This document shows positions 38,893 to 49,481 of a stretch of 64,000 nucleotides of DNA, in pieces. Source of the DNA: an uncultured Gemmatimonadales bacterium (GTDB lineage Bacteria; Gemmatimonadota; Gemmatimonadetes; Gemmatimonadales; GWC2-71-9); contig CAWCFX010000002.1 in NCBI GenBank assembly GCA_963795085.1, positions 32,001 through 96,000 on the forward strand. The letters are read 5' to 3'. The notes under the pieces were generated by a model. It saw only the letters and a program-made list of their open reading frames with translations, was not told where the DNA came from and did no database searches. Numbering within the stretch: position 1 is the first letter of the stretch; every line of letters starts with the position of its first letter. The position numbers were made by a program, and so were the translations under genes.

Positions 38893-40092
38893 ATGCTGCA
38901 ATCGGTCCTCTCAGTCATTCAACTGCTCTTCGCGCCCATCATCGCGGGGATGCTTACCCTGTGGGCCGGCTGGCTGGCCCTCGCGGGCGAGGCGGGCGAC
39001 CAGCTCCCCCGGGTGCTGGAAGGACAGTTCCGCGCGTTCGAGGACGAAGCCTCCAGCGCCCGGCGGCTGCACGTGTCCCATCTGGCCCTGCTGGTGCTCG
39101 CGGGCGCCTTCTCGGCCGTGGCGGTGTCGTGGTGGACGTGGCCGCCGGTGCTCGCCATCCCCCGGCTGCTCCTGGTCGTCGGCCTGGTGTGGATCGTGGG
39201 GGACAGCCTGCCGCGCCTGCTGGCCACCATCGCGCCCGACCTTCCCGGGCTGCTCCACAAGCCCGCGATCCGGACCCTGGCGCCTTTCGGGCCGCTGCTC
39301 CGGCTGGTGAACTGGGCCGATCGCCGCCGCCAGCCGGCTCCCTCCGACGCACGGCGGCGGGAGTCCGGCGCCAACCAGCGCGACATGCTCCTGGGCCTGT
39401 TTTCCCTGGCCGATACGACGGTCGCCGAGGTCATGACACCGCGGATCGACATCATCGCCGTGGACGTGGCCGCCGACCGCGACGAAGTCATCGCGACCCT
39501 GCGCCGCTGCGAACACGCCCGCCTGCTGGTGTATGATGAACACCCCGATGCCATCACCGGCGTGCTGTACGCCAAGGACATGCTGGCCAGCATGGCCGAG
39601 GACCGCGACCCCGCGGCCTGGCACACGCTGATCCGGCCGGCCGCCTTCGTCCCCGAGGGAAAGACCCTGGACCGCCAGCTCCGTGACTTCCAGCGGGGCC
39701 CCAGTCACCTGGCCGTGGTAGTGGATGAATTCGGGGGTACCGCCGGGCTGATCACGCTGGAGGACATCCTGGAGCAGATCGTGGGCGAGATCCAGGATGA
39801 GCACGATACCGACGAGGTCGCGCCCATCCAGGAGGCGCCCGATTCCCATTTCGTGGTGCAGGGCAACGCCGCGCTGGCCGAGTTGGAGGCGGTCCTGGGC
39901 CACGTGTTCAACCGGGAGGACGTGAGCACGGTGGGCGGCCTGATGCTGGCGCTGTTCGGGCGGGTGCCCCGCGCCGGCGAAACCGTGGAACTGGACGGGT
40001 TCCGGTTCATGGCCGACCAGGTGGTGCACCGGCGGGTCCGCCGGGTGCAGGTCTTTCCCGGCGCGGCGGCGCCCCCGGGGCGGGCGTCGTGA
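38893..40092 (+). CDS. Hemolysin-family CBS/CorC protein 1
   Basis: EVMTPRID, HLAVVVDEFGGTAGLITLEDILEQIVGEI. Confidence 0.9.
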   Translation: MLQSVLSVIQLLFAPIIAGMLTLWAGWLALAGEAGDQLPRVLEGQFRAFEDEASSARRLHVSHLALLVLAGAFSAVAVSWWTWPPVLAIPRLLLVVGLVWIVGDSLPRLLATIAPDLPGLLHKPAIRTLAPFGPLLRLVNWADRRRQPAPSDARRRESGANQRDMLLGLFSLADTTVAEVMTPRIDIIAVDVAADRDEVIATLRRCEHARLLVYDEHPDAITGVLYAKDMLASMAEDRDPAAWHTLIRPAAFVPEGKTLDRQLRDFQRGPSHLAVVVDEFGGTAGLITLEDILEQIVGEIQDEHDTDEVAPIQEAPDSHFVVQGNAALAELEAVLGHVFNREDVSTVGGLMLALFGRVPRAGETVELDGFRFMADQVVHRRVRRVQVFPGAAAPPGRAS

Positions 40093-41273
40093 ACTGGATC
40101 GTCTTTGGGGTGGGGATGTTGCTCGCGGTGTTCGGGGCGGGCGCCAGTGCCGCGCTGGTCTCGGTCGGCCGGATCGAACTGACGCGGGCGGCCTCCCGCC
40201 GGCTCCGCGGCGGGCCGGGCTCGCCCTCCTGGCTGGCCCGGATCGACCAGTATCTCGCGGCCGCCTCCGCCACCATGTCCCTCGGGGTCATCATCCTGGG
40301 CGCCTCCTTCCCGGTCCTCTTCACCGGGTTCCGGTTCCTCATCGTGGCCACCCTGATCATCCTGCTCGCGGTGCCCCTCGTGCTGTTCAGCGGGTACCTG
40401 CTTCCCCGCTGGCTGGCCCAGCCACGGGCCGAATGGATCGTGCGGAAGGTGGTCCCGGTGCTGCGCCCCTGGGCCGCGATCGTGGCCCCGCTGCTGCCCT
40501 CCCGGCAGGGGCGGCGCCCCCCGGAAATCCGCTCGGTGATGCGCGAGGGTGCCGCCGCCGGCCTCGAGAACGATGAAGAGATGCTGATGGTCGCCGGCGT
40601 CATGAGCTTCAGCGACCGGCCGGTCCGCGAGGTCATGACCCCGCGCACCGACATCGTCGCCATCGCGGAGGACGCCGATCTGAGCGACATCCGGCTGACC
40701 TTCGCGCAGAGCGGATACACCCGGATCCCGGTGTACCGCGGCAGCCTGGACGAGATCGCCGGCATGCTCCACGCCTTCGACCTCTTCAAGCTGGTGCCGG
40801 GCTCTCCGCTGCCGGTGCGGCCGGTCGCGATCGCCCCTTCGTCCCGGCGCTGCGGTGACCTGCTGCTCGACATGCAGCGGGAACGGCGCCACCTGGCGGT
40901 GATTCTCGATGAATTCGGGGGAACCCTGGGGCTGGCCAGTTTCGAGGACCTGCTGGAGGAGCTGGTCGGCGAGATCTTCGACGAGCACGACGAAGAGAGC
41001 CGGCAGCCGCCGATGCCGGCCCTGGACGTCTTCGAGACCGACGGGGCCACCGCACCCTCCGCCATCGAGGAGCGCTTCGGCGTCCAGCTCGACGAGACCG
41101 GCGCGACCACCATCGGCGGATTGCTGGTCGAACTGGCCGGCCGGATTCCCCAGCCGGGCGAACGGTTCCTCCTGAAGGGACTGGAGATTGACGTAGTGCA
41201 GGGATCACCCAACCGGGTGGAACGGGTGCTGATCCGCCCCGGCCCGGTTTCGGCCGTCCCCCTGGGCCGCTGA
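40089..41273 (+). CDS. Hemolysin-family CBS/CorC protein 2
   Basis: EVMTPRTD, SGYTRIPVY, DEFGGTLG...EDLLEELVGEI. Confidence 0.9.
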   Translation: MNWIVFGVGMLLAVFGAGASAALVSVGRIELTRAASRRLRGGPGSPSWLARIDQYLAAASATMSLGVIILGASFPVLFTGFRFLIVATLIILLAVPLVLFSGYLLPRWLAQPRAEWIVRKVVPVLRPWAAIVAPLLPSRQGRRPPEIRSVMREGAAAGLENDEEMLMVAGVMSFSDRPVREVMTPRTDIVAIAEDADLSDIRLTFAQSGYTRIPVYRGSLDEIAGMLHAFDLFKLVPGSPLPVRPVAIAPSSRRCGDLLLDMQRERRHLAVILDEFGGTLGLASFEDLLEELVGEIFDEHDEESRQPPMPALDVFETDGATAPSAIEERFGVQLDETGATTIGGLLVELAGRIPQPGERFLLKGLEIDVVQGSPNRVERVLIRPGPVSAVPLGR

Positions 41274-41284
41274 AGGCGGCGCAC

Positions 41285-42922
41285 GTGCGGGCCCTGACCG
41301 TCCTGTTCCGCCTGACGCCCTTTCTCCTGGCCTTTCTCCGGGACCGCCGCCGCTTCGTCCTCTTCGGGCGCCCCGCCCGGCGAACGCCGGACCATCACCA
41401 GCGCCGGGCCCAACGCCTGACCGACACGCTGGCCCGGCTGGGGCCGGCGTTCATCAAGCTGGCCCAGGTGTTCGGCTCCCGTGCGGACATTCTCCCGGAG
41501 CCATACCTCGGCGCCATCTCCACCCTGGCGGACCGGGTCCCGCCCCTGGAGCCGGGTGTCGCGGAGCGGGTGATCGAGCGCGAGTTGGGCCGCCCGGTGG
41601 GGGCGGTCTTCGCCCGCTTCGACCCCGAACCCCTGGCCGCCGCGTCCCTCGGACAGGTCCACCGCGCCGAGTACGCCGGCCGCGAGGTCGTGGTGAAGAT
41701 CCTGCGGCCCGGCGTGGAGGATCTGGTCCGCGCCGACCTGGACGTGTCTTTCAAGATCCTGTTCCTGCTCAACATTCTCTTTCCCAACCACCACGTCCGG
41801 GCCATCACCGCCATCGTCCAGGAGTTCCAGCGCCGGATCAGCGACGAAATGGATTTCCGGGAGGAGGGCCGCTACGCCGCCATCCTGCGAAAGAATTTCG
41901 CCGCCGAGCCCCGCGTCGTGGTTCCCGAGGTCGTCGCCGGACTGACGCACCGGCGGGTGCTGGTGCTGGAATACATCGACGGCACCCGGATCGACCGCCT
42001 CCAGGACCGGCTGGCCGCCGGCGAGATCCGGCTGCACGAACTCATCGGGACCATCGTGGAGCTCTATCTGCAGATGATGCTGATCGACGGGTTCTTCCAC
42101 GCCGATCCCCACCCCGGCAATCTCCTGGTGGACCGGCAGGGCCGGGTGGTGCTGCTCGATTTCGGGATGGTGCTGCCGGTGGAGCGGGAGACCCGGGCCC
42201 GGATCATCCGGACCGTGCTCTCCGCCGGCCGCCAGGACGTGGACGGAGTGATCAACGGGTTCTACGAACTGGGTATTCTCGACCCCGAGGTGGACCGGGG
42301 GACCGTTCGCGATGCCGCCCAGGAACTGATGTCCCTCTCTTTCCAGGACGACTATTCACCGCGGCAGCTGCAGCGGATCGTGGAAGAGATTCTCCAGACG
42401 TTCTATAACTGGCCGCTGATGCTGCCCTCGGAGCTGGTGTATTTCGGACGGGCGGCCGTGCTGGTCGAGGGGCTGGGCCTGCGCTACGATCCCAACTTCA
42501 ACGGGATGACCGTGATCCGGCCGGCGATCGACCGCTACCGCGACCGGATGATCAGCGGGCTGCTGGATGGCGAAAGCAAGACGCCGCTGAGCGACTGGAC
42601 CCAGGAGGCCGCCACCACGGTGCGGACGATCCGAGACCTCCTCCGCCGCATCGAACGGGAGGAGCTTCGGGTCCGCTGGCATCCCCGGGACACCCTGGAG
42701 CTGCAGCGGTTCCTGGCCCAGCAGGTGCGCCGCGGCCTCCTCGCGGTCTTCGCCTTTACCATCGCGCTCATCACCAGCATCATTTTTCTCGCGCTCCGCC
42801 GGGTCGAGGTGCTGGTCGTCGGGCTGGCGCTGTCATTCGGAATGTTCCTGGTGATCTTCCTGCTCCCCAGCCATCTCTTCCAGAATCCGCTGCGCTTCCG
42901 GGCCCGGTGGCCGGGCCGGTAG
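41285..42922 (+). CDS. ABC1/UbiB family atypical kinase
   Basis: LGPAFIKLAQ, AAASLGQVH, VVVK, FHADPHPGN, DFGM. Confidence 0.93.
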   Translation: MRALTVLFRLTPFLLAFLRDRRRFVLFGRPARRTPDHHQRRAQRLTDTLARLGPAFIKLAQVFGSRADILPEPYLGAISTLADRVPPLEPGVAERVIERELGRPVGAVFARFDPEPLAAASLGQVHRAEYAGREVVVKILRPGVEDLVRADLDVSFKILFLLNILFPNHHVRAITAIVQEFQRRISDEMDFREEGRYAAILRKNFAAEPRVVVPEVVAGLTHRRVLVLEYIDGTRIDRLQDRLAAGEIRLHELIGTIVELYLQMMLIDGFFHADPHPGNLLVDRQGRVVLLDFGMVLPVERETRARIIRTVLSAGRQDVDGVINGFYELGILDPEVDRGTVRDAAQELMSLSFQDDYSPRQLQRIVEEILQTFYNWPLMLPSELVYFGRAAVLVEGLGLRYDPNFNGMTVIRPAIDRYRDRMISGLLDGESKTPLSDWTQEAATTVRTIRDLLRRIEREELRVRWHPRDTLELQRFLAQQVRRGLLAVFAFTIALITSIIFLALRRVEVLVVGLALSFGMFLVIFLLPSHLFQNPLRFRARWPGR

Positions 42923-42943
42923 GGCGCTGGCTATGTTGCGGCT

Positions 42944-44458
42944 ATGAGTTCCATCCCGTCCCCCCGCATCCTGGCTGCCGCTCTCCTGGTGTCCGCCGCG
43001 TGCGGCGGCGGCAACGATCCCGGCAAGCAGGCATCCGCGGTGGCGATCGCCGCCGGCAATAACCAGAGCGCCCCGGTCGGATCCGCCGTGCCGGTGCCTC
43101 CGGCCGTGCTGGTTACCGATGACAATGGCGATCCCCTCCAGGGAGTCCGCGTCACCTTCACCGCGGTCGGCCAGGGATCGGTTACAGGGGGCACGGCCAC
43201 CTCGAAAGCCAACGGCATTGCCACCGTCGGCAGCTGGACGCTGGGCACCTCGGTCGGCACCAATACCCTCAACGCCTCGGTGCCCGGAGCCGGATCTATC
43301 GCGTTCACTGCCCAGGGCACGCCGGGCAGCCCGGTCCGGGTGGCCGCGTCTACCCCCACCAGCGTGGTCGGCGTGATCGGCGCCCCGGTGTCCCCGCCGC
43401 CTGCGGTCCGGGTGGAAGACGCCTTCGGCAACGGCGTCCCCGGCGTCACGGTCACCTTTGCCGTGACCTCCGGCGGAGGATCGGTCACCGGCGCCATCCA
43501 GGTAACCAACAGCGCCGGTGTGGCGACGGTGGGGAGCTGGACGCTGGGATCCGGCGCCGGGACCAACACCCTGACCGCCACCACCCAGCCAGCCGGCCTG
43601 ACCGGCAACCCGGTCACCTTCACGGCCACCGGCGCCTCCTCGGCATACGCGATTGACCTCCGCTACCTGAGCGGGATGTCCCCGTCTCACCTCCAGGCTT
43701 TCCAGAACGCACAGGCCCGGCTCCAGAATATCATCATCGGCGATGTCAGCAACCAGCCCGTTAACATCACAGCCGGCCGCTGCCTGCCCAACCAGCCGGC
43801 GGTGAACGAAACGGTGGACGATATCATCATCTTCGCCGAGGTGGCGGCCATTGACGGCCCGGGCAAGATCCTGGGTCAGGCGGGTCCCTGCATCATTCGC
43901 GGAAGCAATGGACTGCCGGTGGTCGGGATCATGCAGTTCGATGTAGATGACCTGACGAGCCTGGAACAGTCAGGCCTCCTGCCGCTGGTCATCCTCCACG
44001 AGATGCTGCATGTCGTCGGGGTCGGGTCGGTGTGGGGGCTGAAGGGACTGCTCTCCGGGGCCGGTGGGAGCGATCCCTTCTTCGTTGGGCCCCGGGCCAT
44101 CGCATCGTTCAACTCGGTGGGCGGGGACGCATACGTGGGGAACCGGGTTCCGGTGGAAGGCACCGGCGGGCCGGGCACGCGCGACTCGCACTGGCGGGAA
44201 ACCGTCTTCAAGGCCGAGTTGATGACCGGGTTCATCAACAATGGCGTGAATCCGCTCAGCGTGGTGACTATCAGTTCCCTTGCCGACCTCGGATACACCG
44301 TGGACACGGCCCGGGCCGACCCATTCGTGGTGGTCCCGCCGTTCGTGGCTCCTCCCGCCGCGGCCCGGGCTCCCGGGTTCATGCTGGAGGATCGCTGGAA
44401 CGGACCACTCTACCGGGTGGATCCACGGGGACAAACCGCGCCGGTGCCCCGGCCATGA
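42944..44458 (+). CDS. Lipoprotein with Ig-like modules and a leishmanolysin-like (M8) zinc metalloprotease domain
   Basis: VSAAC lipobox; HEMLHVVG, GGPGT..SHW, ELMTG, LADLGY. Confidence 0.85.
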   Translation: MSSIPSPRILAAALLVSAACGGGNDPGKQASAVAIAAGNNQSAPVGSAVPVPPAVLVTDDNGDPLQGVRVTFTAVGQGSVTGGTATSKANGIATVGSWTLGTSVGTNTLNASVPGAGSIAFTAQGTPGSPVRVAASTPTSVVGVIGAPVSPPPAVRVEDAFGNGVPGVTVTFAVTSGGGSVTGAIQVTNSAGVATVGSWTLGSGAGTNTLTATTQPAGLTGNPVTFTATGASSAYAIDLRYLSGMSPSHLQAFQNAQARLQNIIIGDVSNQPVNITAGRCLPNQPAVNETVDDIIIFAEVAAIDGPGKILGQAGPCIIRGSNGLPVVGIMQFDVDDLTSLEQSGLLPLVILHEMLHVVGVGSVWGLKGLLSGAGGSDPFFVGPRAIASFNSVGGDAYVGNRVPVEGTGGPGTRDSHWRETVFKAELMTGFINNGVNPLSVVTISSLADLGYTVDTARADPFVVVPPFVAPPAAARAPGFMLEDRWNGPLYRVDPRGQTAPVPRP

Positions 44459-44507
44459 CGCCCCGGGCTCTCGGCCTCACGCTCGCCACTGTTCTGACCG
44501 GAGATCC

Positions 44508-45035
44508 ATGACCTTCCGTCTCGATGAGGCCGTCCCCATCCTGGCCCGGACCCCGGTGGTGCTGCGCACCCTGCTGGCCGGCCTCCCCCAGCCGTGGCTG
44601 GAGGCCCACGAAGGGGCCGATAGCTGGAACCCGTACCAGGTGGTGGGCCACCTCATCGATGGTGAGCGGCACGACTGGATCGTCCGGGCCCGGATCATCA
44701 TCACCCGCGAAAGCCGCCGGTTCGAACCATTTGACCGTTTCGCCCACCTGACGTGGACGCGGGGCCAGTCGCTGGACGAGCTGCTGGATTCTTTCGGAAA
44801 ACTCCGGGCGGCCAACCTGGGAACGCTGGGCGAGTGGCGGCTCGGTGAAGAGATGCTCGACCGCACCGGCGTCCACCCGGACTTCGGGGTGGTCACCCTG
44901 CGGCAGCTGCTGGCCACCTGGGTCGCCCACGACCTTGGCCACCTGGGCCAGATCGCCAGGGTGATGGCCAAACGGTACACCGGGGAGGTGGGGCCATGGA
45001 AGGCGTATCTTCCGGTGCTTGCGACTCGCGGATAA
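44508..45035 (+). CDS. DinB family protein
   Basis: W...VVGHLI, W..HDLGHLGQI. Confidence 0.85.
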   Translation: MTFRLDEAVPILARTPVVLRTLLAGLPQPWLEAHEGADSWNPYQVVGHLIDGERHDWIVRARIIITRESRRFEPFDRFAHLTWTRGQSLDELLDSFGKLRAANLGTLGEWRLGEEMLDRTGVHPDFGVVTLRQLLATWVAHDLGHLGQIARVMAKRYTGEVGPWKAYLPVLATRG

Positions 45036-45090
45036 GGGTGCCGGTGGGTGCTCAGTGACCCGGGGCCGTGGGCCCGGGGGCGAATCGAGA

Positions 45091-45361
45091 ACCGTTGGCG
45101 GTTTTTCTACTCCTGTCCGCGCGAAACGGGTTACCACGTTCTCCGGACCCGGGTCGATATTCCCTCTATAGGGGGCGGAGGCCTCGCGCCGGGAGGTCAA
45201 AGGCACAATGGCGAATCCCGCTGGGGGATTCGCCATTTTTGTCATCCTGGTTCCGCCCTCCGCGGACCGTTGGCGGTTTTTCCATCCCTGTCCGCGCGAA
45301 ACCGGTTACCACGTCCTCAGGAATAAGGCCGATATTCCCTCTATAGGGGGCGGAGGCCTCG
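45091..45361. repeat. Two 96-bp direct repeats (45091-45186, 45266-45361; 85/96 identical)
   Basis: Manual alignment, 11 mismatches and no gaps. Confidence 0.92.
45207..45240 (+). terminator. Intrinsic terminator-like hairpin (13-bp stem, 5-nt loop, T-tract)
   Basis: AATGGCGAATCCC-GCTGG-GGGATTCGCCATT-TTT. Confidence 0.75.
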
Positions 45362-45464
45362 GTGGCCTGGTCAGCGGCCTTACTCGTCCCATCCCTCCCT
45401 TCACCCGCCTGTGCGCCTTCGCGGCGCCCCCGCGAGAAAGGCCTCCAGGGTCCGCCCATCCCCC

Positions 45465-48257
45465 CTACAACTCCGTCGACAGCCGCAGGTACACCGAGCG
45501 ACCGTTATATCCGAACGGTGACGCCGCCGCCCACGGGAAGGTTCCGTAATTGTTGTTGTAGTCCATCGCCCGGTCGCCGGATCCGCTGTCCACGATTACC
45601 TGTGACGATGGCTGGTCGGGGTACGTATCAAAGAGGTTGCGGGCGCCCAGCGCGATGGAGACCCGGCTCAGCCGGTAGCCCACCTCGGTGTCCACCAGGG
45701 TCTTCGCGCCGTAGTTCTCCCGGCACAAATCGCAGAACCCGGGCTGCGCCGAGGAAAACTTGCCGAAATAGGAGGCCCGGCCCAGGAGGTTCAGCCGGCC
45801 GGCCTCATAAGTCGTCGTAAACGTCGCCCGCCAGTCCGGCCGCTCTTCGGTGATACCGATGTAGGTGACCGAGTCGATCAGGCCCGGTTCCGCCGAGTTG
45901 GCGAGGACGGCGGGGATCGGGTCGATCCGGCGGATCTGGTTCCTGGTGTAGTTCACGCCCAGGTTGAAGTTGAGCCGCCCGGTCTGGCCCACCGGGACCA
46001 GGAGGCTGCTGGTGACATCAATGCCCTGGGTGCGGGTGTCGATGCCATTGGTGAAATACTGGACCCCGCCGATCCCGGTGAACCCGCCCCCCGCCAGAAT
46101 GGCCAGGGTGGTATCGTCGTCGAAAGTCGCGCCGAGGATGATGCGATCGTCGATGTCGATGTGGAAGAAATCCACCGTGATGTTGAAGGCCTCGGTCGGG
46201 CTGAAGGAGAATCCGGCCGAAAGGTTCTTGGAGGTCTCTTCCTGCAGCGGCTGGGCGCCCAACAGCCGGGAGGCAGGATGGTCCACCGGGAAGATGCCCA
46301 CGTCAATGAACTCCCCGGCGATCACGTTGGTGGTGACCTTGCTGAAGGAGATCTGGCTGAGCCCGGGCGCACGGAAACCGGTGCTGGCCGCGGCCCGGAG
46401 GGTGAGCCGTCGCGACGGCTGGAGCCGCAGGGCCAGTTTCCCGGTGATCCGGCTGCCGAAGTCACTGTACCGCTCGTACCGGGCGGCGCCGTTGACCAGC
46501 AGCTGGCTCGAGAGATTGGTCTCCAGGTCGGCATAAATGCCGAAATTGTTCCGGCTCTGGTCGGTCTCGTCGGACGGCGTGAAACCGGGGAACACCGAGG
46601 AGCCGGCCGGGGCGACATCGCTCGAATCCTGGGCCAGGTGGCCGCCGTTGATGTAGCTGGCCAGTTCGCCCCGGACGATCTGGTAACTCTCACGGCGGTA
46701 CGCCGCACCCACGGCCACGTTCAGGTCGCCGGGCAGCCCGATCGAGATCGGCTTGGCGAAGTTGAGCGCCGCCACCATCTCGTCCCGGCTTACCTCGCCC
46801 GCGAAGAACGAGGTCTGGTTGGGGATATTGGGATCGTCCGCGTTGCCCAGGATGCCATCGGCGCCGGGCGCGCAGGGTGTGTCCAGGCAGGGGCCCAGGG
46901 AGGCGTTGAGGGTGTTGCGCAGGTTGTATCTGAAGTCGTTGTGGCCCAGCGTCCCGCCGAAGTCCACCGACCAGCCGCCGGCCAGCCCGCGCCACCCCGC
47001 CGCGGCGGAGTAGTCGGTCACGTCCGGATTGAACTCGGGCAGGAAGCCCAGCGGATAGATCTCCGGCCAGTTGCGGTTGCTGCCCAGGTAGCGGCGATAC
47101 CCGTTGCCGGTGCCCTCGCGGTGGCTGTATCCGCCAAAGGCATAGACTTCGCTGGTTCGGGTCTCGGTGAGCGGCAGCCGGAAATTGGCGAAGGTCATCA
47201 GGTCCTTCTCTTCGCCGTCGCCCCAGTGGTGGTTCGGCTGGGGCACCGGGTTGTTCTTGGTGACCACCTGGCCATGTTCGTCGATGACATCGGGAGTGCC
47301 GCCGGCGTCCTCGTAGGGATCGGCCCAGGCCCGGTTGGTAGCGTCGCGGTCCCGGTATTCGGCGAAGAGTCCGAGCGATCCCCGGCCCACGCCCAGCCCG
47401 ACGCCCCCGTTCACATCGAACGAGGTGCCGTCGTCCTGGTAGTACCGGGTGACGTACCGGCTCCCCTCGCCCCGGAGAAAGGGCCGGAACTGGCCTTCCT
47501 TCATCACCAGGTTCACGACACCGGCGATGGCATCGGAGCCGTACTGGGCTGACGCGCCATCCCGGAGGACCTCGATCCGGTCCACCGCGCTGGCCGGTAT
47601 GGAGTTGAGGTCCACCCCGCTGGAACCGGCGCCCATGCCGTACGCAAAATTGTTCATCAGGGCGCTCTGGTGCCGCCGCCACCCGTTGACCAGCACCAGG
47701 GTGTGGTCGGGAGAGAGCCCGCGCAGGGTGAACGGACGGACGATGTCGTTGGCGTCGGTCACGCTCTGCCGGGGAAAATTCACCGAGGGCGCCAGCGCCT
47801 GGAGGACCTGGGAGGTCTCGGTGGTTCCCTGCCGGGCGATCTCCTCCGCGGTGAACACATCGACCGGTACCGCCAGTTCCTCGCTCGCCGAGTGGCGGGC
47901 ACGGGAACCCACCACCACGTCTATCGGCGCCAGTTGCACCGGGGTGCGCATGAGCGTGAAGTTCTGGGTGACCGCCTGGCCGGCGCCGACCGTTACCGGC
48001 TGGACCAGGGCCACGTGCCCGATCAACCGGACCCGTACGCTGTACCCGCCGGCGGGGATTCCCCGTACTTCATAGTTTCCCAGGCTGTTGCTGGTGGCCC
48101 GAAGGCCGGTCCCCTCGATCGTGACCATGGCATTGGCCAGTCGTTCGCCGGCGCTGTCGGTGACCATGCCCCGCAGGCTACCGGCCTGGGCGGCAAGAGG
48201 AATGGCGGAAAAGACCATCAGGAGGGCGAGGGCAATCCAGACGCGCACGCGAGGCAT
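45465..48257 (-). CDS. TonB-dependent receptor with N-terminal carboxypeptidase-regulatory-like domain
   Basis: Signal peptide; LRGL.PD.TLVLVNG.R; RIEVLRDGASAQYGSDAIAGVVN; TGFRAP; C-terminal PFGYNGR.VY. Confidence 0.93.
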   Translation of the reverse strand: MPRVRVWIALALLMVFSAIPLAAQAGSLRGMVTDSAGERLANAMVTIEGTGLRATSNSLGNYEVRGIPAGGYSVRVRLIGHVALVQPVTVGAGQAVTQNFTLMRTPVQLAPIDVVVGSRARHSASEELAVPVDVFTAEEIARQGTTETSQVLQALAPSVNFPRQSVTDANDIVRPFTLRGLSPDHTLVLVNGWRRHQSALMNNFAYGMGAGSSGVDLNSIPASAVDRIEVLRDGASAQYGSDAIAGVVNLVMKEGQFRPFLRGEGSRYVTRYYQDDGTSFDVNGGVGLGVGRGSLGLFAEYRDRDATNRAWADPYEDAGGTPDVIDEHGQVVTKNNPVPQPNHHWGDGEEKDLMTFANFRLPLTETRTSEVYAFGGYSHREGTGNGYRRYLGSNRNWPEIYPLGFLPEFNPDVTDYSAAAGWRGLAGGWSVDFGGTLGHNDFRYNLRNTLNASLGPCLDTPCAPGADGILGNADDPNIPNQTSFFAGEVSRDEMVAALNFAKPISIGLPGDLNVAVGAAYRRESYQIVRGELASYINGGHLAQDSSDVAPAGSSVFPGFTPSDETDQSRNNFGIYADLETNLSSQLLVNGAARYERYSDFGSRITGKLALRLQPSRRLTLRAAASTGFRAPGLSQISFSKVTTNVIAGEFIDVGIFPVDHPASRLLGAQPLQEETSKNLSAGFSFSPTEAFNITVDFFHIDIDDRIILGATFDDDTTLAILAGGGFTGIGGVQYFTNGIDTRTQGIDVTSSLLVPVGQTGRLNFNLGVNYTRNQIRRIDPIPAVLANSAEPGLIDSVTYIGITEERPDWRATFTTTYEAGRLNLLGRASYFGKFSSAQPGFCDLCRENYGAKTLVDTEVGYRLSRVSIALGARNLFDTYPDQPSSQVIVDSGSGDRAMDYNNNYGTFPWAAASPFGYNGRSVYLRLSTEL

Positions 48258-48450
48258 ACGATCTCCGACTCGAGGGTGGCTTGCTGGGCTGTCGAAAGGG
48301 GATGTAACGGTATGGGACTACTATATATGGAGTCATTTGGGGCCGGTCAAGCTGGCCGAGGAGATGCATCCTCCCCCGGATCCCGCGTGGGTATCCGGGT
48401 CCTCTACTTGCTGCCATTGCCTATCTCCTTCTCCCCTGCGACTTTCCAGC

Positions 48451-49481
48451 ATGCACTGGGACGCGCTGCTCGCCGATCTCCGGGCCCGAAAAATGGCGGC
48501 GCTGGCCCGGGCGATCTCCGTGGTGGAGAACGGGCGCGCCGGCTTCGAGGAGTTGCTCATCGCGATCCATGAAGACCTGGGAAAGGCCCGCCGGGTAGGG
48601 CTGACCGGGCCCCCCGGTGCCGGGAAGTCCACCCTCACCGAGGAACTGGTCACCGCCTACCGGGCTCGCGGTCTCACGGTGGCCGTGGTGGCGGTAGATC
48701 CGACCAGTCCATTCACCGGGGGCGCGCTGCTCGGCGATCGCATCCGGATGGAGTCGGTGGCGCTGGATGACGGGGTCTACATCCGGTCGATGGCTACCCG
48801 CGGCTCCCTGGGAGGCCTGGCGACCACCACCCGCGAAGTCTGCGACGTGCTCGACGCCGCGGGGTTTGACCGGATCCTGATCGAGACGGTCGGGGTCGGA
48901 CAATCCGAGCTGGACGTGGGGCGCAGTGCCGATTCGACGATTCTCGTCCTGGTGCCCGAATCGGGAGATGGCATCCAGGTGCTCAAGGCGGGGGTGATTG
49001 AAATCGCCGACCTGTTCGTGGTCAACAAGTCGGACCGGCCGGGCGCCGACCGGATGCGGCAGGAACTCGAGGTCATGCTGGGACTGCGTGCCGGGCGGAC
49101 GATGAAACACGTGCCCGCGCATCACGGGGCGCTCAAATCGGCGGAGGCCCGGATGACCCGGCCGACCGAGCCGGACCGGTGGACCCCGCGGGTCCTGTCC
49201 GCCGTCGCCGTGAAGGGCGAGGGGACCGAGGCGCTGGTCGACGCCCTCGATGTCCATCACGCCTGGCTGGAGTCCTCCGGGGCGCTGCTGGAGCGGCGCC
49301 GTCGGCGCATGGAACAGCGGACCCGGGAGGTCGTGGACCGGGCCGCCCGGGAGTGGATCTGGGACGAGACCCGGGCCGAAGCCATGATCCGGGACCGGCT
49401 CGATGATGCGATGGCGGGGCGGGTGAGCCCCTACGAGATCGCCGCGGGAGTGCTGGACAGCCTCAAACAAGGTGCTCGATC

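Noticed and set aside
45091..45361. CRISPR array or known riboswitch
   Set aside because: Only two units of 96 bp, no cas genes, located between convergent 3' ends, and no match I can recognise to c-di-GMP, ZTP or purine riboswitch consensus
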